Notes: a model not told the origin generated them from the sequence alone. A DNA stretch of 40,874 nt from a virus (IMGVR_UViG_3300037408_000112:1-40874); one strand, 5' to 3'. Counted from the first letter of the stretch, positions 7,796 to 17,004 are shown. Program-made: numbers and translations.

Positions 7796-8725
7796 TCACC
7801 TCGCCACGGGGTAGGGGGACACGGGCGTGCGCCCGAACATCACGGCCGCCGGCAGCTGCCCACCGGGCGTCATGTAGCCCTGGTAGCCCAGCTCGCGAAT
7901 GCGCCGCTCGGTCTCGTTCTGCACGGCCTCCCAGTCGATCATGCCGGGATTGATGCGCGCGTCCGGCGGGTTGGTGTACCGCTGCCGCAGCTCCTGGCGG
8001 ATGCCCAGCGGGTCGGCCGTGAGGTCGTAGACGTCCTGCAGCTCGGCCTGGTAGCGGTACGGCCCGGTGCCACGCTCACCCTTGGCGCGGTCGTCGAGGT
8101 AGAAGTGCGAGCGCGGGCGCAGGTCCGGGGCCGCCGCGAGCCGGGCCGCCTCTGCCCCCTTCAGGCCGGTGCCGTACTTCTCGGGGTCCAGCTCGGTCAG
8201 GTCGGGGGCGCGGCCGAAGTGGACGCCGCGCACCGTCTGCGCGTGCGGCAGCCTGGGGATGTCCGCCGCCACCTCTGGCAGCCCCTGAGAGGCCGCCTGA
8301 GCGCCTCTGCGCGCTGCCCTGGCCGCCTGCCCTGCCTTGAAGCCCAACGCGCTCGCCACGGCCTCTGGGGCCGTGAAGACGGCCGCCGCCGCCTCCGGCC
8401 CGTAGCGGGCGTTCACCCAGCTGGCCAGGTCCTCGACCGGGTTCTTGCTGCCGGTCACCGCCTCAGCCGCCCGCTCGCCATACCCGGCCAGCGCCTCGAT
8501 GCCTTCGGCCACCTTGGTGAGGTTCTCGGTCCCGCCCTCACTGCGCGGCAGGTAGGTCAGCCGGTCGCGGATCTCCTCGATGCGCCGCGCGGCCCGCTCC
8601 GGGTCGTCGCCCTCGAACAGCAGGCCGACCAGCCCGGCCAGCCCGGCGGGGATCTCGGCGGCCACGGCCGTGCCGAGCGTCATGGCGGGCTCGGCGTAGG
8701 GGGCGATACGCGACCAGGCGCTCAC
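7796..8725 (-). CDS. Putative capsid-cargo protein with a possible ADP-ribosyltransferase-like C-terminal domain
   Basis: Start re-called to GTG 8725 (GTGA overlap with the portal stop). Ala/Gly-rich N-terminus, then GVHFG...LDPEKYGTG...RSHFY...GYQGY. Confidence 0.5.
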   Translation of the reverse strand: MSAWSRIAPYAEPAMTLGTAVAAEIPAGLAGLVGLLFEGDDPERAARRIEEIRDRLTYLPRSEGGTENLTKVAEGIEALAGYGERAAEAVTGSKNPVEDLASWVNARYGPEAAAAVFTAPEAVASALGFKAGQAARAARRGAQAASQGLPEVAADIPRLPHAQTVRGVHFGRAPDLTELDPEKYGTGLKGAEAARLAAAPDLRPRSHFYLDDRAKGERGTGPYRYQAELQDVYDLTADPLGIRQELRQRYTNPPDARINPGMIDWEAVQNETERRIRELGYQGYMTPGGQLPAAVMFGRTPVSPYPVAR

Positions 8726-10959
8726 GTCATGTCCTCCGTGTCCGGCCCTTCGGCCATCTCTTCGACCGCCTCCTCGCCCGCCTCGCGGCCACGCATGGCG
8801 CTCTCGACGGCCGCCCTGTCGTTGGTCTCCTCGATCTGCGCCATGGTGTCCGGCACGGGCTCGGCGTCGTACTTGGCGTTCAGCTCGACCAGCTTCAGGC
8901 GCATGTCGGCGAACTTGGCCTCTACGTCGGCGTCCTGCTTCTCCATCTGCACCCGGGCGTTGATCTGCGTCTGCGCGATCGCCCGCTGCGCCTCGATGGT
9001 GGCGCGCTGCACGCCGCCCTGGGCGCGGATCTGCTCGACCTCCTTCATCAGGTTCGCCTGCGCTTCCATCGCCTGCTGCTGCGCTGCGGCCTGCTGCTGC
9101 GCCTGCTGCGCCTTCTGCTGCGCGGCCTGCTGCGACTGCGGCGACGCCGGGTCGATCCAGTATTGCTCGGGCGCCTGCAGCCCGCCGGCGCGGGCGAAGT
9201 CGATGAGGGTGTTGTAGAGCTGCGGCAGGCTGACCAGCACGCCGTCCTGGCCCATCTGCAGCGCCTGCAGCTGCTGCTGGATGATCTGCCCGAGCAGCTG
9301 CATGTTGCGCATGCGCTCGCCGGTGGTCATGCCGACCTGCACGGCCACCTCGTCGCGCTCCGGCCAGGTCTGCGGGACCTGCTGCAGCCACTGCCCGCCG
9401 GTGCGTGTCTGGATGACGCCGGGCCAGTGCTTCTTCAGCAGCCGGTGCATCTTCGAGTACACGCCCTTGATCAGCGTCTCGGCGAGGTTGCGCGCGACCA
9501 TGGCGTTGACCTGCTCGATCGCGGTCATGGTGCGCTCCAGGCCGTGCGCCGTGTCGTGCGCGACCTGCTGCGCCTGGCCAGCCGTGTCGATCGCGGCGCC
9601 GCCCTTCTCGCGCCGCATCTTGTCCATCATCTCCAGCAGCGCGAACGCGCTCTGCGGCAGCTGCACGTCGGGCAGCGGGAACACCGCGCCAGCGGCCTGC
9701 ATGCGGACCATGCCGCCCATCACGCTGGTGGCCATGTCGTTGTAGTTCACCTGGCGCTCGATGACGCCCAGGCGCTGGTTGAGGTTGCGCGTGCCGGCGT
9801 CCAGCGTCTGCCGCACCAGGTCGGTCTTGACGTCCTGGACGAAGCGCAGCCGGTCGTACAGCGACAGGCCTTCCCAGCTGAACGGCACGATGTAGGGCGA
9901 GCCGACGGCGAACGGCTGCACGTCCCAGGGCTCGTCTTCCAGCAGGCGCAGCGTGGAGCTGTCGTCGCCGGCGCAGAGGATCCGCCGCAGCTCGGCGATG
10001 CCGTCGCCGTCACGGTCGATGCGGTAGTAGGCCTCAGTCAGCAGGATCGGCTTGGTGCTCTTGTGGCCGGTCTCGTACTCGCGCTCCGCGCCGCTGCGCT
10101 GCCGCGCGGCCTGCGCGCTCTTGGTGGACATCGAGAACTCGGGCAGGTCGTCGACGATCTCGCGGTCGATGCCCATCGCCACCAGCTCGGAGGCGGACAC
10201 CACGCGCTGGTGCGCGATGAAGCGCGCCTCGTCGTAGTTCAGCCCGGGGTGGTCGACGTTGACCAGCACCTCGTCGACCGGCACGGCCTGCAGGCGCGGG
10301 CGCCTGACCTTGCGCGTGCGCTTGATCGTGATGCTGCCGCTGCTGATCGCGGCCTGCGGCCCGAACTCACTCTGGTAGACCTCCTCCTCGTAGTCGGCCG
10401 CCGCCAGCTCGACCCGCTCGTCCTGGCTGCGCGGCGTCAGCAGCTGCGGGACCTGCTGCAGCTGCACGTCCTTGTGGGTCTCGTAGATGACGTCGGTGTG
10501 CTCGTCCCAGAAGACCTTGATCAGGGCGTTGCGCCGCAGCAGCCCGTCCTTGATCGCCTGCGTAAAGGCCGTGAAGCCGCCGCCCACGCCCATGACGACG
10601 TGGTTGACGACACGCGACTCCTGGTCGGCCTGCTGCTCGTCCTCCGGCCCCATCGGCGGGAACTGCGCGAGCTGCTGCGAGCCGATCGCCGGCATGATCT
10701 CGGCCATCGTCGCCTCGACGGCGTCCATGACGTCGGTGCTGACGACCTTCGAGCGGCCCCTGATGCCTGGCTTTGGGGCTGGCAGCCGGCCCCAGTAGTA
10801 GTCGAGCGCCTCGACGCGATCGGCGTCGCTGTCTTCGGTCTCGGCGTTGTCCAGCTCGTCGCGTAGCGCGGCCAGCAGCTCGTCGTCGGTCATGCCGCTG
10901 CTCTCGGGCGCGTCGTCGAAGGGGAGCGGCTGGGTGTCGGTGTCGAGTGCGTCGATCAT
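8722..10959 (-). CDS. Portal protein (P22/SU10-like, with C-terminal Q-rich barrel helix)
   Basis: DYYWG...GRSKVVSTDVMDAVE, IKVFWD and DRDGDGIAELRR motifs, 745 aa, downstream of terL. Confidence 0.92.
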   Translation of the reverse strand: MIDALDTDTQPLPFDDAPESSGMTDDELLAALRDELDNAETEDSDADRVEALDYYWGRLPAPKPGIRGRSKVVSTDVMDAVEATMAEIMPAIGSQQLAQFPPMGPEDEQQADQESRVVNHVVMGVGGGFTAFTQAIKDGLLRRNALIKVFWDEHTDVIYETHKDVQLQQVPQLLTPRSQDERVELAAADYEEEVYQSEFGPQAAISSGSITIKRTRKVRRPRLQAVPVDEVLVNVDHPGLNYDEARFIAHQRVVSASELVAMGIDREIVDDLPEFSMSTKSAQAARQRSGAEREYETGHKSTKPILLTEAYYRIDRDGDGIAELRRILCAGDDSSTLRLLEDEPWDVQPFAVGSPYIVPFSWEGLSLYDRLRFVQDVKTDLVRQTLDAGTRNLNQRLGVIERQVNYNDMATSVMGGMVRMQAAGAVFPLPDVQLPQSAFALLEMMDKMRREKGGAAIDTAGQAQQVAHDTAHGLERTMTAIEQVNAMVARNLAETLIKGVYSKMHRLLKKHWPGVIQTRTGGQWLQQVPQTWPERDEVAVQVGMTTGERMRNMQLLGQIIQQQLQALQMGQDGVLVSLPQLYNTLIDFARAGGLQAPEQYWIDPASPQSQQAAQQKAQQAQQQAAAQQQAMEAQANLMKEVEQIRAQGGVQRATIEAQRAIAQTQINARVQMEKQDADVEAKFADMRLKLVELNAKYDAEPVPDTMAQIEETNDRAAVESAMRGREAGEEAVEEMAEGPDTEDMT

Positions 10960-12221
10960 GCGTGGAATGCCTCGTTGATGTCCTCGTCCCAGTCCTGCTC
11001 GTTCGGCGCGTTGCGCAGGTCGCTCATCGCGAAGTGGCGCAGGGCGTCAGCTCCGTGCGAGGTCCAGTCGTGCAGCGGCGTCGGCTTGAAGGCCTGCAGC
11101 TTCGGGTCCCATTCCTGGCGGTACAGCCCGAGCGCCTCGATGCCACGCTGGCACTTGTCGCGGTCGAAGTACATGCGCGGGATCAGCGTGCGCACGGCCT
11201 CGATGCCGTCCATGACCTTGTGCGCGCGGCTGGTGGCGAACTGGATGCCAAGGTTCGCGGCCACCTCGCGGCGGCTGAGGCCGGAGCCGAACTCGGTCAC
11301 GGCGATGTCCGGCGGGGCGACGTGGCCGGTGAAGGTGTAGCCCTTCGAGCGCAGCTCGTTGGCGTACCAGGGCAGGCCGACGCCGGCTGACTCGACGAAG
11401 TCGATCGCGTTGATCGCGCCGCCCGGGGCCGGCTGCAGGACCCAGATCGCCGTGGCGTCGCGCACGCCCAGGTCCCAGCTGGTGACGCAGGGCAGCGCCG
11501 GGTCGAAGGGGACGCGCGTGATGCGGCCCTGCTTCTCGGCCTGCTCCATCAGCTCACCGTAGAACGCGCCCTTCGAGGCGCTGGTGAAGCTGCACTCGAA
11601 CTCCTGCTCGTAGGCCTCGCGGCTCATCGAGCGGCGCAGCGCGGCCAGCTCTAGCTCGGGGATGATGCCGGTCTGGCTGGCCCGGAACTCGAAGCGGCCC
11701 CAGTCCGGGTCGTCGGCAGCCTGCTGGAACAGCCGGTAAAACGCATTCTTGCCCTGGGGAGTGCCGATGAACTGCGCCCAGCCCTGGCGGTCGACCAGCA
11801 TGGGGCGGACGACCTCGTCCCAGGTCCGTGGGTCCATCTGGGCGTACTCGTCCATGACGACGCCGTCGAAGTACCCGCCACGGATGGCGTCCGGCTGGTC
11901 GGCACCGTAGAGCCGGATGCGGGCGCCGTTGGGCAGCTCGACCCACAGCTCGGACTCGGAGGTCTTGATGCCGGGGATCGGCTGCGTGAAGGCCTTCAGC
12001 GGGTCCCAGGCCAGCGCCTTGGCCTGGACGCGGAGTGGCGCCACGAGGCCGTAGCGGGCCACAGGGAGCGCGTTGCGGATGGCCGCTGTCAGGAGCCGCT
12101 GCAGGGCGGAGATCGTCTTCCCGGCCCGCCTGTGGGCCACCACGACGGTCTGCCGGGCGACCTGGCCGTCCACCAGGGGGAGAAAGATCGGCCGGACCTG
12201 CAGGGTGGCCTCGACCTCCAC
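10956..12221 (-). CDS. terL: Terminase large subunit
   Basis: Walker A HRRAGKT, Walker B VVMDEY, GTPQG, nuclease motifs WDLG and HGADALR. Confidence 0.95.
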   Translation of the reverse strand: MEVEATLQVRPIFLPLVDGQVARQTVVVAHRRAGKTISALQRLLTAAIRNALPVARYGLVAPLRVQAKALAWDPLKAFTQPIPGIKTSESELWVELPNGARIRLYGADQPDAIRGGYFDGVVMDEYAQMDPRTWDEVVRPMLVDRQGWAQFIGTPQGKNAFYRLFQQAADDPDWGRFEFRASQTGIIPELELAALRRSMSREAYEQEFECSFTSASKGAFYGELMEQAEKQGRITRVPFDPALPCVTSWDLGVRDATAIWVLQPAPGGAINAIDFVESAGVGLPWYANELRSKGYTFTGHVAPPDIAVTEFGSGLSRREVAANLGIQFATSRAHKVMDGIEAVRTLIPRMYFDRDKCQRGIEALGLYRQEWDPKLQAFKPTPLHDWTSHGADALRHFAMSDLRNAPNEQDWDEDINEAFHA

Positions 12222-12222
12222 G

Positions 12223-12474
12223 TCAGCCCTTCCCGGTCGGGGTGAGGGTGACCGAGACCTTGACCTGGTGCTCGACCTCGCCAGAGTGGGTCACGGCGGA
12301 CAGGTCCGGAACCAGCTTGCGCAGCAGGATCTCAGCAGCCCTGACCTGGGAGGGCGTCATTTTTTCCCGGTCAGGACCGCTAAGTGCATGTTCCTGAAGG
12401 CGATTCATCAGCTTTGTCGCTGATATCGCCGCCTTGCACGCATCCGTCTGCCGCTTGTTCAGTCGCTCTGCCAT
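12223..12474 (-). CDS. terS: Terminase small subunit
   Basis: MTPSQVRAAEILLRKLVPDL motif, immediately upstream of terL. Confidence 0.8.
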   Translation of the reverse strand: MAERLNKRQTDACKAAISATKLMNRLQEHALSGPDREKMTPSQVRAAEILLRKLVPDLSAVTHSGEVEHQVKVSVTLTPTGKG

Positions 12475-12480
12475 GCCGGA

Positions 12481-12489
12481 ATGGTAGCA
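12481..12489 (-). promoter_or_regulatory. Candidate extended -10 late promoter (leaderless terS)
   Basis: TGcTACCAT followed by 6 nt and the terS ATG, with no SD. Confidence 0.35.
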
Positions 12490-12511
12490 GGATCAGCGGG
12501 ATAGGCCACTG

Positions 12512-12901
12512 TCACATGGACCGCCAGTCGTCCGCCAGGATGTCCAGCGTGACCTCGATGCGGCCGGTCGGTGGCTGTGGGCTGCCGCGCTCGATGAACA
12601 GCCGGTCGATCTGGCTGTCGCTCTCGAACACGCCGGCCTTCTGCAGGGCGTCCAGGCTGGCCTTGAGCAGGTTGTCGAGGTCCCTGGCGCGCTTGTCGGG
12701 GGCGTGGACGGTCATATGCAGCCCCAGGCGCTCGAAGTGGGTGAACCGCAGCCCTGGGGCTTGGTCCTGCACCCAGCGGGCCACAGTGGCCGCGTAAGCC
12801 CTGCCACGGGCGCTGATCAGCATGCGCGGCTTGCCGTTGACCTGGACCATGCGCCAGTAGGTGTTCACGCTGGGCGGGAAGGGCAGGGTGACGTGGATCA
12901 T
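12512..12901 (-). CDS. rusA: RusA Holliday junction resolvase
   Basis: LPFPPSVNTYWR, RDLDNLLKASLDAL and SDSQI motifs. Start re-called to MIHVTL. Confidence 0.9.
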   Translation of the reverse strand: MIHVTLPFPPSVNTYWRMVQVNGKPRMLISARGRAYAATVARWVQDQAPGLRFTHFERLGLHMTVHAPDKRARDLDNLLKASLDALQKAGVFESDSQIDRLFIERGSPQPPTGRIEVTLDILADDWRSM

Positions 12902-13176
12902 GCCGCCCTCCTGGCCGCCCGGCGGCGCAGTGCCAGCGGGCTCGGACTGCCGCGCTCGACCCATCGCTCGAAGCGCGAGCAGGTCGAGATGCAGATACGC
13001 CGTGACTCGCAGGCGTCGCAGGGACAGCCCCTGGTCGTGTTCAGGTTGAACTTCGACATCTCGTCGGTCGGTCGCTGGCGCGTGGTCGGGCTCGGCCCGA
13101 ACAGGCGCTGCAGCTTCTCGACGGCCGAGTTGGTGAAGTACATGCCGCCCCAGTCCTTGTCGGCCGGCTTCTTCAT
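12898..13176 (-). CDS. Cys-rich hypothetical protein
   Basis: CPCDAC...C...C cluster, ATGA overlaps. Confidence 0.55.
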   Translation of the reverse strand: MKKPADKDWGGMYFTNSAVEKLQRLFGPSPTTRQRPTDEMSKFNLNTTRGCPCDACESRRICISTCSRFERWVERGSPSPLALRRRAARRAA

Positions 13177-13334
13177 CGCTTGGCCACCTCGCGCTCCAGC
13201 GCCTCGATGCGCTCGATGAGCTTCTCGATCAGCGGCAGCGGCCAGAAGTACAGGCTGAGGTCGCTCGGCACGTAGGTATTCAGCTTGCGGCACGCCTCGT
13301 TCACGCGCTCGCGGTCTTCTGTGGTTCCAGGCAT
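13173..13334 (-). CDS. Hypothetical protein (53 aa)
   Basis: Manual translation MPGTTEDRERVNEACRKL...EALEREVAKR, with SD GGAGG upstream. Fills the gap between neighbours. Confidence 0.6.
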   Translation of the reverse strand: MPGTTEDRERVNEACRKLNTYVPSDLSLYFWPLPLIEKLIERIEALEREVAKR

Positions 13335-13335
13335 G

Positions 13336-14292
13336 TCACTCGCCTCCTTGGGCCGGGATGATTCGGTAGTCGCGCTTCTTCAGGTCCGGTCCAGAGCAGA
13401 ATTGCCGGCTAGGCTTGTCGAGCCACAGCGCGATCTTGCCGGCGAACGTCAGCATCCGCTGCTTCTCGACGATCAGCAGCGTATCCGGCCCGGCGAGGAT
13501 CTCGTCGTGCTTGGTCCGCTCGCGATCGGTCATCGCATCGACCTGCTCCGGCGACATCTGCGCGTGCTCCTGCTTCAGCTTGTTGCGCCAGCAGACGAAG
13601 GCATTGTGCGCGAGCCCCGCGTAGTGTCGTGAGCCGGCGATGTCCATCATCCCTGGCCGCGCCTCGTTCATGCCCTTGCGCATGTGCATCAGCAGATGAA
13701 TGTGGGCACTGTAGTTCTCGGCAATGCGCTTGCACTCGCGCATGAACGACCGCACCGCCGTCTCTTCGTCGCGTCCCGTCGGCATGTCCAGGAAGGACAG
13801 GTTGTCCACGATGACGTGGCGCCGCGTGTCGCCCATCACCCAGCCCTCGATCTCGTCGAGCAACTGGCCGGGCTTGAGCAGGTCGTCGCTGTGAATGAAC
13901 GACATGGGCTCCAGCCACTTGTCGGCCGCCTCCATCCATCTCGCCGTCGGCCGCTCACTCCCGGAGAGCTGGTAGTACATGACCTGCCGCAGCAGCGGTG
14001 TCGGCATCTCCAGGCTGAAGAAGCGCACCTCGTACCCCTGGAACAGCAGGCCGAGCGCGACCTGGGAGATCAGCGTCGTCTTGCCGTGTCCAGGGTAGCC
14101 GGCCCAGAGGGACACCTCGCCGTCACGTAGCCGGACGTCGTCGTAGGTCTTGCGCCATGGCAGGGTTGGGCCGTTGAGGTGCTCGCTGGTCAGTACCCTG
14201 CGCTGCGCCTCTGTCGCGCCGTTGCTGCTGTCGAGCCCGGGTCGGCTGGCGCCCACCGGACTGCGGCCGTGGAACTCCAGGATCTCAGCCAT
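13336..14292 (-). CDS. Replicative helicase (SF4, DnaB/T7 gp4-like)
   Basis: Walker A GYPGHGKTT, FSLEM, Walker B IVDNL, HLLMHMRK, DIAGS and VEKQR motifs. Confidence 0.88.
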   Translation of the reverse strand: MAEILEFHGRSPVGASRPGLDSSNGATEAQRRVLTSEHLNGPTLPWRKTYDDVRLRDGEVSLWAGYPGHGKTTLISQVALGLLFQGYEVRFFSLEMPTPLLRQVMYYQLSGSERPTARWMEAADKWLEPMSFIHSDDLLKPGQLLDEIEGWVMGDTRRHVIVDNLSFLDMPTGRDEETAVRSFMRECKRIAENYSAHIHLLMHMRKGMNEARPGMMDIAGSRHYAGLAHNAFVCWRNKLKQEHAQMSPEQVDAMTDRERTKHDEILAGPDTLLIVEKQRMLTFAGKIALWLDKPSRQFCSGPDLKKRDYRIIPAQGGE

Positions 14293-15014
14293 CAGATTGC
14301 CCCCTCCCAGGGATACGGCTCTCTCGGCTTCGGCTCATCCTCCCAACGCCGGCCGTTCAGGTACGTGGCCGGATTCGGGTCGTACTGGCTGTCTGCCGCC
14401 CAGACGCGCGAGATGCAGTCCTCGTAGGCCGACTCGCGCTGCTTGTCAGTCAGCCGGTTCCACGCCTTGACCGCCGCCTGCTTGGCCACCTTCTTCGGGT
14501 ACATCGCCCACCACTGCTCGAAGGTCCTGACCTCGCCGCGCCAGACGGTGGTCTTGTCAGGCGACGGCTTGTTCTCTTTGTTGTTCTTCTTGTTGTTCTT
14601 ATTAGTTCGGACGAGGGTGTCCTCACCAGTCAGGACGAGGGTGTCCTCACCAGTCAGGACGACGGTGTCCGAACTTGTCTGGACAGATCCGGCCTCTTCG
14701 AGGGCTTCTGCGACCCGTGACCAGGCCACCGTCCAGTGGTTTTTGCCGGGTATCCCGATCCGCTTGACGGTGATGAATCCGTCGGCCAGAAGTCGCGCCC
14801 TTGCCACCCGGTATTCGCGCTCCGTCAGCCCGGTGTCGGCGAGCAGCTGGGTCATCGTCCGGTAGAACGTGTCGCCGTGCAGGGCGGCAAGGTTGAGCAT
14901 CTGCCCCAGCAGAACGCCGCAGGCGACGCCGCCGGCCGCCTTCGCCAGCGCCGGGTTGTAGGCGATGTAGGGAAGGTGGGCGCCACGCAGCATGGCGATG
15001 TAGTCTCGCTTCAT
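14292..15014 (-). CDS. Replication initiator (lambda O-like)
   Basis: N-terminal wHTH-like region, central repeats, C-terminal FEQWWAMYPKKVAK...PATYLNGRRWEDE. Start re-called to MKRDY. Confidence 0.8.
   Translation of the reverse strand: MKRDYIAMLRGAHLPYIAYNPALAKAAGGVACGVLLGQMLNLAALHGDTFYRTMTQLLADTGLTEREYRVARARLLADGFITVKRIGIPGKNHWTVAWSRVAEALEEAGSVQTSSDTVVLTGEDTLVLTGEDTLVRTNKNNKKNNKENKPSPDKTTVWRGEVRTFEQWWAMYPKKVAKQAAVKAWNRLTDKQRESAYEDCISRVWAADSQYDPNPATYLNGRRWEDEPKPREPYPWEGAI
14568..14684. repeat. Probable replication origin: three 24-bp iterons plus a purine/pyrimidine-biased AT-rich tract
   Basis: GGACGAGGGTGTCCTCACCAGTCA at 14609 and 14633, a degenerate copy at 14657, and a T/C-rich tract at 14568-14607, all inside the initiator gene. 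Confidence 0.7.
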
Positions 15015-15919
15015 TTCCAGTACCTCTCGATCAGGTAGCTCTTCGCGGCGAAGCCGTAAGCCCGCCACAGGTCGTTGAAGTCGGTGGAGTCGGTGCTACC
15101 GTCCTCCGGGACCAGCAGAACGCCACCAACGGCCCCTGCGGCCTCCTGAGCGGCCCTCACGCCTGGGTTGCCAGGCGTTGCCTTGTCGTTGTCGGCGACG
15201 ATGTAGATGGATGCCAGCGGGTACGCGGCCTGCACGCTCTTGGCGACAGGCGCCAGCTGCCCCGCGCTGAACGCGACGACGACGTGAGCTGCCACCTCGC
15301 ACAGCTCCAGCGAGCGCCCGGTGGCGTAGCCCTCGCAGACGTGGATGCGGCGATCGCCGTCGCCCAGGTGCAGCATCAGGCCAGCCGCGCGCCCCAGCCC
15401 GTACCGCTTCGAGCCGTCCGGGTAGATGCGCTGCAGGTTCCAGAGGTCGCCGGCGGCGTCGTACATGGGGACCAGCAGCGAGTCGCCGAACTGACGCAGC
15501 CGGTGGTCAGCAGGAAGGTTCTTTTCCACCAGGTAGGGGTGGTTCGCTTCGGCTGGCCCGGCGGCGTGCCACCGCTCGATCGCGGACACGCGGCCACGCT
15601 GGTCCCGGTCGTGCTTCTCGGCCCACCGCTTGCGCGCCTGCTCGGCGACCATCGCGCGCAGCGACTCGCGCTCGGCGAACGACAGGTCGGACCCGGCCGA
15701 CGTCCAGGTGGCGGTCAAGCCGGAGCGCCAGCAGCCGAAGGCGCCGAAGTACCGGACGCGGCGCCCGGTGTAGGCCTGGTGAACAACGTACCAGCCGGCG
15801 TCATCGCCGCGCCGGCCGTTGCTGCTGAAGCGGTGGAGATCGCCATCCGCGTTGATTGTGTCTGGTGGCTCTAGACCGGCCTGTACGATACAGGCGCGGA
15901 GATCATCATAGTCTTGCAT
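15011..15919 (-). CDS. Toprim DNA primase (P4 alpha/TraC-like)
   Basis: GWY...GAFGCWR, HPYL, LQRI, CEGYATG, VADND and DFND motifs. Confidence 0.88.
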   Translation of the reverse strand: MQDYDDLRACIVQAGLEPPDTINADGDLHRFSSNGRRGDDAGWYVVHQAYTGRRVRYFGAFGCWRSGLTATWTSAGSDLSFAERESLRAMVAEQARKRWAEKHDRDQRGRVSAIERWHAAGPAEANHPYLVEKNLPADHRLRQFGDSLLVPMYDAAGDLWNLQRIYPDGSKRYGLGRAAGLMLHLGDGDRRIHVCEGYATGRSLELCEVAAHVVVAFSAGQLAPVAKSVQAAYPLASIYIVADNDKATPGNPGVRAAQEAAGAVGGVLLVPEDGSTDSTDFNDLWRAYGFAAKSYLIERYWK

Positions 15920-15949
15920 GTCTGCTCCAGGGGTGGGGGTTGGCTCGTG

Positions 15950-16483
15950 CTACTCTGGGTGGTTCTCGATCCATCGCAGCAGGTACTCGTGGGTCATGGA
16001 CAGCAGCTTGCCATCAGCCACGACATACACCGGCGAGTTGCGGCGGCCGAAGTCCTCGACGCGACCGTGCTTCTTGATCTTATCGCCCCAGTACCAGCCG
16101 ACCACGGCGTAATCGAGTCCGGCGCCGCGCACCAGCACGTAAGGCCTGTCGCCCGGCTCGTCGGGTCTGATGTAAAGCTCGAACTCAGGGCGCGAGCGGC
16201 AACGGATCTCCATCCCGAAGACGTCGCCGCCGCTCTTGAAATTGTCGACCTTCGGCACCCACGGCAGGTCGAGCGCCTTGGCGGCGACAAGCTCACCTAT
16301 CGCTCCCTCGATATGCGCCTGCCAGCACTTGTCCTGCTCGATGCCGTACCCAGGAACACGCCCTCTCGCGAGCGAGCGGACCTGCCGCGTGACGCCGATA
16401 GAGGCCGCAGCCTCAACGTCCTCCGGCGCAAGCCTGACCGAGATGCCGGCCTCACTGCGTGGGTCTTCTGGGATGCTTACCAT
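15950..16483 (-). CDS. Putative PD-(D/E)xK nuclease-fold protein
   Basis: EGAIGELVAAKAL...GGDV...EIR pattern. Start uncertain (16483 or 16534). Confidence 0.5.
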   Translation of the reverse strand: MVSIPEDPRSEAGISVRLAPEDVEAAASIGVTRQVRSLARGRVPGYGIEQDKCWQAHIEGAIGELVAAKALDLPWVPKVDNFKSGGDVFGMEIRCRSRPEFELYIRPDEPGDRPYVLVRGAGLDYAVVGWYWGDKIKKHGRVEDFGRRNSPVYVVADGKLLSMTHEYLLRWIENHPE

Positions 16484-16612
16484 TCGCGGGCCCAATGGGG
16501 ACGGGTTGACACGATGGCCCCGAGCGTGTCCCATTGGCGCACGGGGTTGGGTTGACTCCTGAAGGGCGCAGTGACCAGGGGTGGGAGCTGCGCCCTTCGC
16601 ATTTCTGCAGTT

Positions 16613-16819
16613 CTACTCCTGCGCCGCGTCTTCGACAACCGGCTCGCGCAACTCTCGCGCGACCTCCTTCAGCCGCTTGATCAGCTGCGGGATGTCCTTC
16701 AGCGGGACGTTCACGTAGCGGTCATCGTCGAAGCCGCTGCCGACTTCGCCGATGTTGATGCCGCGACCATCCTCGTCGCCGTTCGCGTAGATCAGTCTCG
16801 TACCAGGCTTGACTAGCAT
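16613..16819 (-). CDS. Hypothetical protein (68 aa)
   Basis: ORF in the leftward operon, overlapping its neighbour. Confidence 0.6.
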   Translation of the reverse strand: MLVKPGTRLIYANGDEDGRGINIGEVGSGFDDDRYVNVPLKDIPQLIKRLKEVARELREPVVEDAAQE

Positions 16820-17004
16820 TTCCAGTTCTCCTCGATCAGTTTGCGGATGCGTTCCTCTGCTCCCCGGCCACGGCGCATCCTCACCGCCACCAGGACCTGA
16901 CGGCGCCGCGCACGGTCAGGCATCTCTCGAATCTTGCGCACGCAGCAGGCGTCGCACATGAGGTCGTAGCGCGGCCCTGGGGACGCGCAGAACTCGCAGC
17001 TCAC
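16813..17004 (-). CDS. Small Cys-rich (Zn-finger-like) protein
   Basis: CEFC...CDACC, GTGA overlap. Confidence 0.6.
   Translation of the reverse strand: MSCEFCASPGPRYDLMCDACCVRKIREMPDRARRRQVLVAVRMRRGRGAEERIRKLIEENWKC

Noticed and set aside
5570-9217. 1215-aa + strand ORF, and other long antisense ORFs such as 2970..4490, 9163..10866 and 28217..29848
   Set aside because: Shadow ORFs opposite well-supported genes in high-GC DNA, with Arg/Gly/Ala-rich sequence, no motifs and no RBS.
8726-9391. N-terminal extension of ORF 7796..9391 overlapping the portal gene
   Set aside because: Alternative-frame read of the portal 3' end. GTG 8725 overlapping the portal stop is the plausible start.
14609-14684. 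24-bp repeats as a mini-CRISPR array
   Set aside because: The repeats are directly tandem with no spacers, in frame within the initiator gene, and there are no cas genes. They fit iterons.
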